From the NCBI GenBank assembly GCA_000165425.1, contig CT867994.1, forward strand, positions 248,001-302,599: 54,599 nucleotides of DNA. The letters are read 5' to 3'. The translations under genes and the position numbers were made by a program. Each line of letters begins with the position of its first letter. Within the stretch, counting starts at the first letter, position 1. The notes under the pieces were generated by a model. That model saw only the letters and a list, made by a program, of their open reading frames with translations. It was not told the DNA's origin and did no database searches. This stretch comes from Paramecium tetraurelia (taxonomy: Eukaryota). Below, piece after piece: positions 42,211 through 54,599 of the stretch.

Positions 42211-42604
42211 TAGCAATTTTTTAATATATCTATTTTATATAATGAATATGATTATTTAAATTAATTTAAGTCTCATACTTATTTATTATGAGTTGAATTT
42301 GTAGTATTTTTTTTGATTTATGAATTTAGGAGATTTCGAAAATACTTAAGTGAAGGTGTTATAAATTTGTTTGATTTAACTTGGCTAAAAAAAAAATACT
42401 AAAGATCATTGTTATGAACTAAATATTAAAGATGAAGTTATTTAGTTTTTATATTTTGTAAGATACTTAATGCTCAAGATTTACACAAAAAGATTTCTGA
42501 TAGTTTCAACATCGCAAATGAAATATTATCAAAGTCTAAGAATTAATTTTCTTAATTTCTTTGACAAGTGATTATTAAAATTAATTTTTTTATTAAAAAA
42601 CAAT

Positions 42605-45600
42605 ATGTTTTCCTTTAATTAATGTTGTTTTTGTTAATTTTTTCCTTCTAAATTTATCACTTTATTTAATCTCTTTTGCTAAGTTTTCATCTAGAATTAA
42701 ATCAGAATTTAATGAATTAAGTAGATGAACAGATTATAAGGCTTTTAGACTATTGCATCCCATGTTTTTAAAATCATTCTGATGGAATCAAATTTATTAT
42801 AAAGTATATTTGAATACCTAATTGCTGCTCTAAGTTATGAACTTTCTTCGTAAAAACAGCTGAAAATTTTAAGTATTGTGCGGCTGGCTAGGAAGATTAT
42901 GAAAATTATAATACAAATCTAGTAGCTCTTGGAAAACTATGTTGCCAATAGTACTAAATTAGTTACTATATAACGTGTACTATACTAAGGACTTATTTGA
43001 AGAAATACATAAAGTATAGATTAAAATTAGCATATAACAGCACTATTACGTTGCGGAAGTTAATTATATCTAAGAATAAACAGATCATACACATCTTGTA
43101 GCTCTGTATATAGATGCTGTACAACTAGTATGGAAAATTGTTAAAGCTAATATATGAGAAACTAACTTTTTATTGTTCTGCCTTCCTGTTGCTTGATATG
43201 CCCTTCCTGAATTTAGGTGTTCATTAAAATCAGTTGCTTATCATGTTTACTATAGTTGTCTATACTGATTGAATACTTATAGGATGCATCTTTTTAAAGA
43301 TTTCTTGCGGAACTTGTAATACCTGAGGATTCATATAAATCAAGTACTTAATGTATATCAAGTTTGAGCGATTTAAGCTAGATATCCATATTTTTAATCA
43401 CTGTATACCATAAGTGAAAATCAAAACTACAACATAATACCAATTGAACCAACTTTTTGTTTGAATGCAAATGGTCCATTTCTGAAAAAAATTACTCTAC
43501 TTATATTATTGAATTTGATTAAAGTTCGAATATATGTATTAGATTTCTACTACTATTTTTATATTGCTCAATAGCATTATTGTGTGGCAAGTGTTGATAC
43601 TATATACTATGCTAATTAAGTTATTGCTGAGACAGAAATCTTATGGTTTGTTTTCTCTTCAGAAATCTCGACAACAGGATAAATATATGGTGAATTGTTC
43701 ATTAATTAAATTTTAACTTTTGAATTCCTAACTGTTTCAGCTACTGGAACTCTCAGTTGCGAGTTGCGAATTTCGAATTTAATTTATAAACATAGGTCTT
43801 GTTTCTCGGTGTTAATTAGTGAGCTTCCTAAAAGACAGCAATGCATCTGATACTTTATGCTAACTATTTTGAATCTTGTACACATAAACTGCTACCAACT
43901 ATGGTTTTGATGCATGAAAAATTGTTAAATTTACAAACTGATCCAACAGTATTTGTTATTCAGCATTCTTGTATCTTTAAGAATCTTATCTAAATTGCTC
44001 TTCTCTAACCTTACAGGTTAATAGATATAGTCCTGCTGAATTTAGATCATGTATTTATAGCTACTCTTTTCTACATTAGAGAAATGTTATGAGGATCCAA
44101 ATTTAATCTTAAAAGCAAACCAAATACATTGTTTCTATTGATCTTCTGCCTTACATTAGAATAAAAAAGTAATTCTGGACCAAGAACCAAATTATATGTA
44201 CTTCTTGTATTGCAAGTTGCCTTTGAAGTAAGTCTTCATATATTTTAAATAATTTCACTATAAAGGTTATTTTTCTAGTGATCCTGAATAGCTCTGCTCT
44301 TCTTATTAAACCAATACGACCAGGCAGTACAGAAGCAGTGCTTCCTAGGTTAAACTTGGGATCTTATTGAGGCAGTAGCCATTCTTAAATATAGTAATGA
44401 GTGGGTACCATGTTTATCTACTACAGTATCACTTATGAAACAAACTACTAAATGATGATTTATTGTGTATGAGATTTACTAGCACTGCATGGGTTATTTT
44501 CCAAGATGTTTAAAAATAGATTTGATTCTTATGCTCAATCTATCGCTTAAAATATTATGATATCGGTGCTTATTTCTCATTACATTTAGGCATCTATTCA
44601 GCATATTCTTCGTGCAACTTATGTGTAATTTCTTACTTCAATCTTGTTAGAGACACTTTCCAGATATTTATTAACTTCTGATCCTCTCTAAAATGTGAAT
44701 CCTGTTTAAATAATATTTTCATGACCACCAAATGTATCAATAATTAAAGGATCATTCCAAACCCTTTTAATTACTAATCTGTAAGATGGAACCAGATATC
44801 TATAGAATAATGTTACCTTTAATACTTGTTGTTGTCAGCTATAAACTCTAACATTCAAAACTCTTTTTTACTTTTTGTGTTTCCTATTCAATGGTGTAAC
44901 ATTTGTATTTCTAGTTTATGGTTGTGATTCGATATGTATTAATAGTTTTAGTTATTGACAGTTTCGAAAAAATTTGATTTTTTTGAGCTTCACACAACCA
45001 ATTATGGTTTTACTACTATGAACTTAAATTATCATATGTTTTAATCATTATGCTGCACCTTGAAAATACTCAAATTTTTATAAACAATTCTATTTAGATC
45101 AAAATAACTATCTCGAATTTAGAAGTCGATGGATAAGATTTTAGACAGTTAACTATATTTTATTTTGCATCAATATTATTCTCACATACTGATACTAACA
45201 ATATAAATATTACTGCTATGTTAACCTAATACCACTCTGATGGAAGTTCCGTATGTTCATTCTCTGGTAGAAAATGGCTTTGCTATGAAAATAGGTTCAG
45301 TCTTTAAGTGGATAGTATATATAATTACAAATAAGATAGTGCAATTCTGATATGAATCAGCTACTACATGTTTAACTTGCAAGATATAAAATAATACTAG
45401 TTACTATGTTGACAAATTATGAATAGTATCAAGTTATGTTAAATGTTCAAATTCATATCCATATTTTAAAAAGTGAACTCAGAATGTCAGTGTCCATTAC
45501 CCTGTATTATTTCCTTTTCTTTAGTCTCAGTCATTTCGCTGCATGTAAGAAAAATGTAGCCGGTTTCCGTCTCAATGACAATTGATACATGTTAAGCTTG

Positions 45601-45660
45601 CCTTCTTGTAACTTCCTTTTGGCCATTAGATAAGGATGGCATTAATTTTTGCCATCCACA
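42605..45660 (+). pseudogene. Highly decayed Cys-rich surface/membrane protein gene
   Basis: Scattered Cys-spaced fragments and coding-like composition, but frequent TGA; I could not find a continuous frame. Boundaries uncertain. Confidence 0.4.
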
Positions 45661-46329
45661 ATTCATGTTGATATTTACAATACAGGAAATATGCGTCATA
45701 TTAATCAAAATAGACAACCTTATACATTGCAAAATAAAGTAATGGGTTCAAAAGCTGATCAAGCCCACCATACTCGCAGAAGGATAACCCAATAAATAAG
45801 GTTCAAAATCAAAACTCTAGCTCAGCAAAATAGAATTACAAGGATGATCTTATAAAGCCATCTTTAATATTATAATTCTACCTGTAAATTATAAAATAGT
45901 GAGGCTATTCAAGTTATGACGATGATTCGACTAGATGAGACAGTTTATTCAGTCGTTATCCATCTTTAAAATGATGAACTGCATATTCAAAAATGATCCT
46001 CCCTTGTGAGTCGATGTTCATATAGATGATCAACATATCTATGTATTTCATGCTGGGAATTATCACATAACTTAATGGCTACATATGTCTTTAAATTGTA
46101 ATTTATTACCCTTTATAAATAAACTATCTATCTCTAATTCATAAATGTTCAAATTAATGTTTACTAATAATAATTTTCTGCAAATTCAATCCAATAATCA
46201 TTTTTTTTGTCTTATTAGGTAAATATTTCTCCACCTCAAGTATTAATATATCTTGAAGCTATTTTACATCAACTTAAAAGGTCTTTTATGATCACCTTTA
46301 AATTTATAATATATATGCCATTGACCTAT

Positions 46330-47060
46330 TTTTTGACCATTCAGATAAGACTCACTAAATTAAATTTAATTTCCCCAAAAAATAAAATTTCTATTAGATT
46401 CATACCTACTAAAATGATCGTTCACCTCAACCCAATTTCCCTATTTTAAGCCCTTCTCGTCATACACACCTCCGTCACTTTAAAATTATTATATAATTTT
46501 CTATACATTTGTATTTTTGTATTATCTTCTATTTCATGATAATCGATTGTCCAAACTCCATTTTTTATACCATTTTATTATTCACCTTCATAAGTTATTT
46601 AGCATCAACTTTAATTAATTTGAATTAGTTTGATTACTGATAAAAACTTTCAGATATGTGTATCCATTTACTAAATTTCAAACCCTGTTCATTGTTGTAT
46701 CCTCGTTAAGTAAAATATGATAATAATTATATGTTACGTTTCATCATCTTCATGTAAATTTCCAATATCCCTAAAGTTAATTAAGCCCTTCTATTAGCAG
46801 TAATCAAATATAATTTACATTCTGAAATTATTAATCGGCAATTTCCAAATCCCTTATTTCTTCCCATTAAAATACAGTTATTTCTATATGTGCTTTACTT
46901 TACCATCCTCCAACACGTTTCACTATTTTTCCCTTCCCCTATCCCTTTCCTACTTTATTGTATCTATCTCTTGTCCTAATAATTTTATTCCACCTAGGCT
47001 AAATCACTATACTAGGCTTGATATTCATCCATCTTCTATTTTATTTTACCTACCAATTTT
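46330..47060 (-). pseudogene. Remnant of a GGxYD...KxGxWxE (MORN-variant-like) repeat gene
   Basis: Minus-strand fragments GGVYDEKGLKQGNWVEVNDHFSR, EGEQQNGIKNGVWTI, KFSKWIHISESFYQ; disrupted. Confidence 0.6.
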
Positions 47061-48869
47061 CTTAAGTAGTTTAGAATTTCAATTTTAATAATTTGTTAAA
47101 ATGAATTGCCATAAAAAGCCATAATGCTCTTATGTTCCTTCTAAATTAATACAAATCTTAATTTTTGGAGAATACAAGTAACTCAAAGCTTTAAAATTGT
47201 TAGTTATTATGCAAGCAACCATTTTAGTTAAGAAAGACTGTTTATTTATTCAATCCAAAAATAAACTTTCATCATAAACTATGTATATTTGCTTATGATA
47301 TCAGGAGATTGTATTTCATAAGCTTACAAATTATATCGATATCCAGATCTAGACTTTCACAAAATTTAAAAAATAAACTTCCATTTATGGAAATTTAACA
47401 GAATAATACTTAACATTTTTCATTCTTAAATAAACTATAAGGTTTTCACCTAAAAGTTAAGAGAAGATCTTCTTATTAATTGAATTAATTATCCACTTAG
47501 ATCACTGCTATTCACTCTTGTTTCCATTATATTTCTTTAAATTAGTACATTTCATATGCTAATTCTAAAATTATTAAATTAATTCTCTTTGAGGATTGTA
47601 TATGAAGAGATCGAATTGCAATCAGATATAATTAATCATCTAATTTATTTTTAATGATCCTGCCTTAGTATGACCATCGTCCGTTCGCAGATTCGTAAAT
47701 TAATTCTATCTGTGAAGGCTAAAAAATAAGGTTATTGAAAATGGATTCGATTAATTTCTTTGTGAATAAGCCGAGTTCTCCTATTTTTCTTCAGACTTGG
47801 AGAACTAAATACCACAATTGATTCGAACTTAAAAGACGATCAATAAATCCTATTTCTTTTCTTCTTAATACTAAAAAGTTATTATAAACTTTGTCAAAAC
47901 CAAATTTAATGATTTTGAATTTTTTGGAAATTATATACCAGAAAACTCATGCATAAATATCAAATAAACCTACTTGACATAAATCTATAAAATTTAACAA
48001 AATATATATTTAGAAAATTATTAAATTAAGGAATTTTTTTAGATGCAAAACTCCATTAATCAATTACCTAATATTTTTCATAAATTATTTCAAATACTAT
48101 CAAAATTATAAAATTATAAAAGGTTGTTGGCAAAATCTACAATGATTTTCATTTATGAAATTCTTTAATGATTAATTTCAATTAATTATGGTTTTTTCTA
48201 ATCCTTTAAAAAAATTTTAATTAATCAAAATTTAAAAATGAATACTTTTATTAATGAATATTTTATGTAGATAATTATACGATAATTTTATATTAAAACA
48301 CTATCATCTATTTAGTTTTATTAATAAACATCAAATATATTGTAGAAGAACAATGTGTTTTATCTTGTTATTTTGTGATTTAAGAAAAAATGACTTTAGT
48401 TTGTTTCTAATTTATATGCTTTAAACCATTCAATTCTTGACAAATTTAAATTATTATTACATTATAATATCGTGTTATATAAATAATGATTGTGAATACA
48501 AGATGGCTTCATCATTTATCAAGTAAATAAAGCTAATGTATATTCTAATCTCTTAGACTTAGTAAAAAAAAAAATCGCTTTTAGGAAGCCGAATAATTTT
48601 CATGTCCACTAACACCATATCTAAACCTTATATAAAAAATGGGTCAACGAGTCGTCAAAGTTCCCGAGAACATCAATGTGACAAAAAATAGATTGCAAGT
48701 TAATTAAATTTTCAAGTTTTACCAGAGTTGAAATGAATAAATTAGAGTTTTAGCAAGCATTAATTCTGCTAATTTCAATTTAAAATTCATCGATATTTAA
48801 CTACAAATATCATTACAATTTGGCAGTAGAATCATTCAGAAAAATTCAATAAATTTTCCTCATTGATAA

Positions 48870-49260
48870 TAGCATGCAATTACTAATTGTATAACAAGAA
48901 ACAATTCAAAATATAACTTTTCAAAGAATTTATCATTCAAAGCGGAAAAAGATATAATGTATCTGAATAGAATGAAGAATAAATGGATTAATTTGATTTA
49001 GCTATTTAGAAAAACCCAAAAAATTCACAAAATTATGATAACAATTTAAATTCAAGTGAATTTATTTGGCCAAAATTTTAATGTAAGTGGATAGGTTAGA
49101 AGAAGCATTAGAATGTAGTGATTTAGTTATTTAGAAAGGCCCTTCAAATTCACTATATTATCATAGAAAAGGTAAATAAAGAAGTTAATTTTTAGCAAGC
49201 ATATTAATGTAAATGAATAGATTAGAAGAAGCATTAGAATGTAGTGATTTAGCTATAGTT
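48870..49260 (+). pseudogene. TPR gene fragment with two near-identical repeats
   Basis: RLEEALECSDL encoded twice (ttagaagaagcattagaatgtagtgatttag at ~49096 and ~49222, 126 nt apart) with a ~24-nt intron between; no intact start or stop. Confidence 0.65.
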
Positions 49261-50028
49261 TATTATTCGATCTAATAAAATTAAAAATGTATAAATTATT
49301 ATAAATGTTTTTTGAAATTTATTAAAGCATATAAAATCAATTCCCAAAAACTTTTTGAACCTAGATAAATATCAGTTTATTTCTTTCAATTTTAATTTAT
49401 GTTACTTTAAAATTATTATATGGTAAACTTTATACTTCTTTTTGAAAATATTGCGATTTATATCTTCTATTTGTAAGTGAAAAAAATACAAATTGAAATC
49501 TGTTTATTTGACTTCTTTCAGATCTATCTTAAATTTAGTTGCTGATTTGCAACCAGACCATTTAAAAAATTTAAAGCAGATCAGTATTCGCTTTGATCTG
49601 TTCAATCACATCCTCTTCAAAGCAAACTTGATAAAAGAAATTTCTGTGAGAATAATTCATAGCTTTTGCAAAATAAGAAATGCCTACTCTCGATTTAAAA
49701 GCTTGTCTGAAGATCTTTACGAAGAAAAGCCTATTTTATTGTACATTTTTATCAAGAAATAATATGATTATAAGTGCATTAAATCAATTTAAACATCATG
49801 CTTAAGGTTGAAAACAAGTAATATAATTTTAAATAAGCATTAATTATTAGATGTTTCTTTTCGAAATAAAATAAAAAGTAAAAGAGAATAATTAATTTGT
49901 AGTAGTTTAATTATGATTAATCTTTTAAGCTAATATTTCTAATTTATATTCTGATAAAATTCTTAATAGAATTTCGTAATAGATTTAGCTGAAGAGTTTT
50001 GATTTAATCTTGTAAATATTTAAAAAGT

Positions 50029-52022
50029 ATGCTTAAAAACTAAAACACAAAACAAGTAGTTTTAATTGGATACATCGGTCACGGTAAAACAACTCTATTT
50101 AATAAAATTTGTAAAAAAAATCAATCAGTATAATTTGGAGGAACCGATGCGTCTCTTCGTTATATAGCTGTTCTCTCATCGCCGTCGCCTCATATTGTTT
50201 GGATTACATTTTACTCTCCTTCNNNNNNNNNNNNNNNNNNNNNNNNNNNNNNNNNNNNNNNNNNNNNNNNNNNNNNNNNNNNNNNNNNNNNNNNNNNNNN
50301 NNNNNNNNNNNNNNNNNNNNNNNNNNNNNNNNNNNNNNNNNNNNNNNNNNNNNNNNNNNNNNNNNNNNNNNNGCTACCGCGCCGGGCTGAGAGGGCGTTG
50401 GCCGACGATTGCTCGGACAGGTATCGAGGAGCTCGACTACAGATCACGCAGAGAGAGCTGAGGCGAGATCCGGTAGATGCTGCGAGGGGAAGGCGGTAAT
50501 ATTTCTGGTGCGAAGCACGGAGTTTTGGTTGGACGCTCGGGTCCCGGTTTAACCATCTCTATTTTATAAAGTCTGTACAAAAACTCAATCAGTATAATTT
50601 GGAGGCCCATCCGTCACTAGGGAATCAGTTCTTAGTTAAAGTGCATATGGAGAAGGTTTTGATTTATTCTGCACCCCTGGTTTAGGGTCAGATTAAGATA
50701 AATTGGCACATGTAATTTGCATTGCTGCAGCCTTAACAGTTGGATAAATTCATCAAATTTTAATAGTTGTGTAATTAGAAAGGTTGGGAACAATGAAGCA
50801 AAAGCTAAGACCAATGATCTAATAGTAATTTAAGAGATTTAAAGATATTATCACAGTTGTTGTAACTAATTGGGATAAAGCAGAACAACCTGAAATAAGA
50901 AAAAAAGAAATGGTTGATTTGCTTAAAGATTATAATATTAAATCGTTGATATTTGTATCAAAAGAAACAGAAGGAAAAGAGTTATGTCAAATGATTGAAG
51001 GAATTCTTTAGAAATGTGATTAACAAGGAAAAAGTTGTTAACTAACTTAAGCTGAGATATAATCTTATTTTGATATTACTGATTTGTAAGATGATGTGAT
51101 TGATTAACTAAATGAAGCAAAAGGGAAAGTTAGTGCGAAATTTGATAAAATAGCAAAATCAATAAAAGGTTTCATTATGAAATTTTCTGAAACTGACCCA
51201 GTCATGCCAGAAGTTATGCATCAATTAACATTAGCTATTAAAGAACTTGCGGATGAAACAATCTTAAAATTTCAAAAGGAAAATATCCAACTTTTTAATG
51301 ATTTATATACAAAATTAGAAGATGAGAACTTAGTTTATATAATTGATGCATAATTAAAATAAGAATTGGTACTTTAAGTAAATGGTTTGATTTCCCTTGC
51401 TTAAAAAAAGATGAAGCTATCCTAAAATTAATGTTTTAATTATATTAGACAATGCCCCCATTGCGGAGAGATATGGATGAAAGTCTTTGGATGTGAAGAT
51501 GAAACATTTTGTGGAAAATTACCAGAAAAGGAAGCAGAACATTTCAAATAATAGAAGACTCCCAGAAGATTTAAATTTTCATTCTAGGAATCTGGAGTTA
51601 TATATAATGATTTACAAATTTCATTTTTGAAACTTGATACCAGTAATTAAATATAGAAATAAAATGATGCAACAAGGATGAAATATTAGAATATGGAAAG
51701 AGGACAGAGTTTCTTTTCTAAATTTCAGAAACAACTTATTCAAGATTCCTCATAAAATATAGCACCAAGCTTTCACATTTTCCATTAAATTTTATAAAAC
51801 GGTGTAGATTAGGACAAAAAGGGTAAGGTTGGTTGTGGAAAATCATTTATATGGCATGAATTAAAGCCTCTATCTGAAGAAAAGTTAAAGGAATTGCTGG
51901 ATCCTGGTGTGTTGGATTATTTGGCAAATGTAGTAGATGAGGAGAAAAAAGCTAAATAAATGGAATTAGCGACAAAAATTGAAAGTCTTTTGAAAACAAG
52001 CAAAGTACAATTTTTAGAATGA
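50029..52022 (+). CDS. P-loop GTPase (AIG1/MMR_HSR1-like) with helical linker and C-terminal Cys-rich motif; interrupted by an assembly gap
   Basis: MLKNQNTKQVVLIGYIGHGKTTLFNKIC (Walker A), SVTRE (G2), LFCTPG (G3-like; Cys instead of Asp, near low-quality sequence), VVVTNWD (G4), then QCPHCGEIWMKVFGCEDETFCG...GCGKSFIW; TGA 52020-52022. Confidence 0.8.
50143..50580. other. Assembly gap (N run 50223-50372) with low-quality GC-rich read-end flanks and a false duplication
   Basis: 50057-50141 and ~50521-50605 are noisy copies of each other; both end in tcaatcagtataatttggagg, and similarity degrades toward the Ns. Confidence 0.85.
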
Positions 52023-52138
52023 AATGAATATTCATCAAACAAATCAATAGTTTTTTTTTAATTTTGCTTTTCTTTTTTAATAGAATTAATAACATATTAT
52101 CTGCATGAATTCAAATTTTTTACTATTTTATTTTTATT

Positions 52139-54208
52139 ATGTAGCCTCTTATTATATTTCTTGGTGAAGGTAATTCTTATAAGGATTCATTATTTTAATT
52201 ATTACCTACAGAATTTAAGGAGATTGTATTTGAAAATTTGAAAATAAAGGAGAGAATTGATTCAAAGGGTCCAAACCTTTTATTAATTAATTTTCCAGAA
52301 GAAAAAGAAATATCTAAAGCACTTTATTCTTTATTAACTTTATCATAGTATTTTAGAATTACATAGATTGTCTTCTGTTTACATTATCATTAGACAATCT
52401 TTGAGAAAGTACAAAATATTGAAAAATGGATTAATAAAGAGTTATTATTGCATGCAGAAAATATTTCTACATATTTTATCAGTAATTCCCCTTCAAGTTC
52501 TTAAATTAAAAAGAGCAGAATATATTAATTTTAAAAAATTGATGAATTAAATAAAACAAATATTATTAGAATCTTTGAAGCCATTTGCTTTCAAAACAAT
52601 AACTGCTCCTAAATTTATTTATAGAATACATTATTGTAGTAATAAAAAGAATCATTAAGGTAAGGAGCAAATATGTTATAAAAATAATTTAATGAGCAAT
52701 ATTTCTCCATTAATGCGGATACTAATTTAGAAACTTAATTAGAGGCTAAATTATAAAAACTCTTATCTAAAGAAGGTTAACCATAAATCAAGACTAATAT
52801 TGAAATATAAAATAAAGATATCGAATTAAATCAAATCATACTATATAGCAATGCAATTTAATAGCTTTGTTTTTTAAATTCCTAATGGAACTAATATCCA
52901 TTAGAGTTTTTCGGAAAATGGTTCTCAAATTATTTGTATTGTAGTACTTGCAAAGTATTATATAAAAAGGAAGGCGATAAATCAATATCTTATGAATTAT
53001 CTTTATTCTCATTAGATCAAAATGAAATTGAAATTAAATTAACAAACCATAAAGATAAATGTTTTAGATGCCAATACTATCTTACTTAAAAGATTGTTGC
53101 CGTTCTGCCGATTATAGAAAAAATCTATTATCTTGCATAAATTAAAAATCATTTGAAAATAAAAGAATTGTATCATAAAAAAGCTAATAACTTATGTACT
53201 TAAGAAAGTAAATTATAAATAAGACAAAAAGTAAACTAAATAGCTGTTTTTGTTTTGAGTGATGAGGAGGGACTAAAAGAATTTGTGATGAAAAAGGTAT
53301 ATGATGATAACAATTACAAAGAAAGTAATCAATTCAAGGAAGGTCAGATACTGGATGATTCCTTTCATCTCATTGATACTCCAATATTTTCTTTTGATGA
53401 GGACTCAGATTAGTTAGAATCTATTTACTCTAATTATATCAATGTTAATCCTATTAATTTCATAATATTTTGTGTTAAGTTATAAAGATCAAGTTTAATT
53501 AAAGAGAGACTTTTAATGATGTTAAAAAAATTTCCCAATATTAATAGATAATCATTTAGTGCAGTCATAATTGATTAGAATAATGATATTTCAGAAGAGC
53601 AATCGTCTATATATGATAGCATAAATAGCGTCAAAGGATTAGTTCCATAGGCTGCTCTTATCTAAAATAATAATTCAAGTGTGGATGTTATCAAAAAAAT
53701 CTCAGAATTTATTATGAATGTTGATCAATAAAAGCCGATATCATTTGAACAAACAATATTTTATAAATCAGAGGATGAGGCAGATAAGAACGAAATTGAA
53801 ACATCTTTAATGTTAATAACTTAAAATATTAAAGATTAATTTAAATAAAGTTGTGAACAAGAATTAAAAGATGAAGAAGCAAGGCAAGTGGTGAAAGAAT
53901 AATTAAAATAAAAATTACTTTAAAAAAAATCTTCTATGGCAATATAATTTTAAGAGAAATAAAAGGAACTTACAGATATTATCAATCAAATTAAACAATA
54001 GCTCAAAATAGAAGAAAGTAATTACAAAAATGCTGTAGACATTTTGAATGATTAACTTTCTAAAATTGAAATGGATTTAATTAATTCCAGATTTAATATA
54101 ACAGAGAAGAAAACTTAATTATACTAATTGGAATCTTAGAAAATTAAAATGAATCATTAATATCATAATTTAACCGTAAATTAGAATAGGAGAATTAAAA
54201 ATAGATGA
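52139..54208 (+). CDS. Apparently intronless 689-aa protein with two degenerate GTPase-like domains, a CxxC..CxxC motif and a C-terminal coiled coil
   Basis: Start and stop 2,070 nt apart in one frame: MQPLIIFLGEGNSYKDSLF; NYLYCSTCKVLYKK...KCFRCQYY; IAVFVLSDEEGLKEF...FHLIDTPIF...FIIFCVKLQR; E/Q/K-rich tail; TGA 54206-54208. Confidence 0.72.
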
Positions 54209-54350
54209 TTCTATTAATATTTTTATACAACATTTAATATAAATTACTTTTAAGTTAATTTTTTTCTCATAAAAAAATCAGCAAAATTTTTGGAGTTGGT
54301 ATTATAACTATTTTTTAGTATTTGTAATTTTCGAAAGAAAAATTATTTAA

Positions 54351-54372
54351 AGAGAGAGGAGAGAGAAAGAAA
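54351..54372 (+). repeat. Purine-rich (GA)n-type simple repeat
   Basis: agagagaggagagagaaagaaa in the intergenic region. Confidence 0.5.
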
Positions 54373-54599
54373 AGAATTATTTTTTCGTTTAGAAAAACAT
54401 TGTCCTAATTTGTGTAAAATGAGAATAATGCTCAAAAAAATCATTTAAGTCATAGATGATAAAGCAAAAAATCCCCAGCGGCGAATTTCGGAAGACCTTC
54501 ATACCCAATTACCTGAATTTTGTTGCTTGCTAATTAGGTGAAATTATACCCATCTCTTAGCTTAATAACGGTAGTAATTCGACCTGAAGTTAGTTAGGC

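Noticed and set aside
49300..49800. Open frames on both strands (including the 89-aa plus-strand ORF)
   Set aside because: No recognisable motif or convincing start, and long frames arise by chance when TGA is the only stop.
50143..50545. GC-rich island around the N run, suggesting horizontal transfer, a transposon or a retained IES
   Set aside because: It grades into a noisy duplicate of the adjacent GTPase sequence and borders Ns, as expected of low-quality read tails; ORFs called here are artefacts.
54419..54599. Possible gene start or telomere at the window end
   Set aside because: The frame closes after ~40 codons with no motif, and no G3T3/G4T2 telomeric repeats are present.

Overview
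AT-rich, gene-dense eukaryotic DNA from a ciliate, most likely Paramecium macronuclear DNA (inference). Coding regions read through TAA/TAG as Gln, end only at TGA and contain tiny 20-30 nt GT-AG introns, so the supplied standard-code ORF track fragments the real genes. All gene models below were translated by hand and boundaries may be off by a few bases. The left ~37 kb holds apparently intact genes: a RING-CH membrane E3 ligase, a degenerate Rab2-like GTPase, an HTH protein, a multi-EF-hand protein, three hypothetical/coiled-coil proteins, a 91-aa histone-H1-like basic protein, a ~1,370-aa TPR protein with about one intron per repeat and a CaaX end, a ~3,700-aa fibrocystin-L/PKHD1L1-like membrane protein, THO complex subunit 2 and a bacterial-type S11 D-Ala-D-Ala carboxypeptidase homologue. 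From ~37.2 to 49.3 kb almost everything recognisable is decayed (MYND-kinase, MORN, M20 peptidase, Cys-rich, GGxYD-repeat, TPR remnants). The window ends with a tandem pair: an AIG1/MMR_HSR1-type P-loop GTPase with a C-terminal Cys motif resembling an RBR Rcat domain (interrupted by an assembly gap with low-quality flanks), followed by a protein built from degenerate copies of the same module. This pair is the best candidate for an undescribed system.
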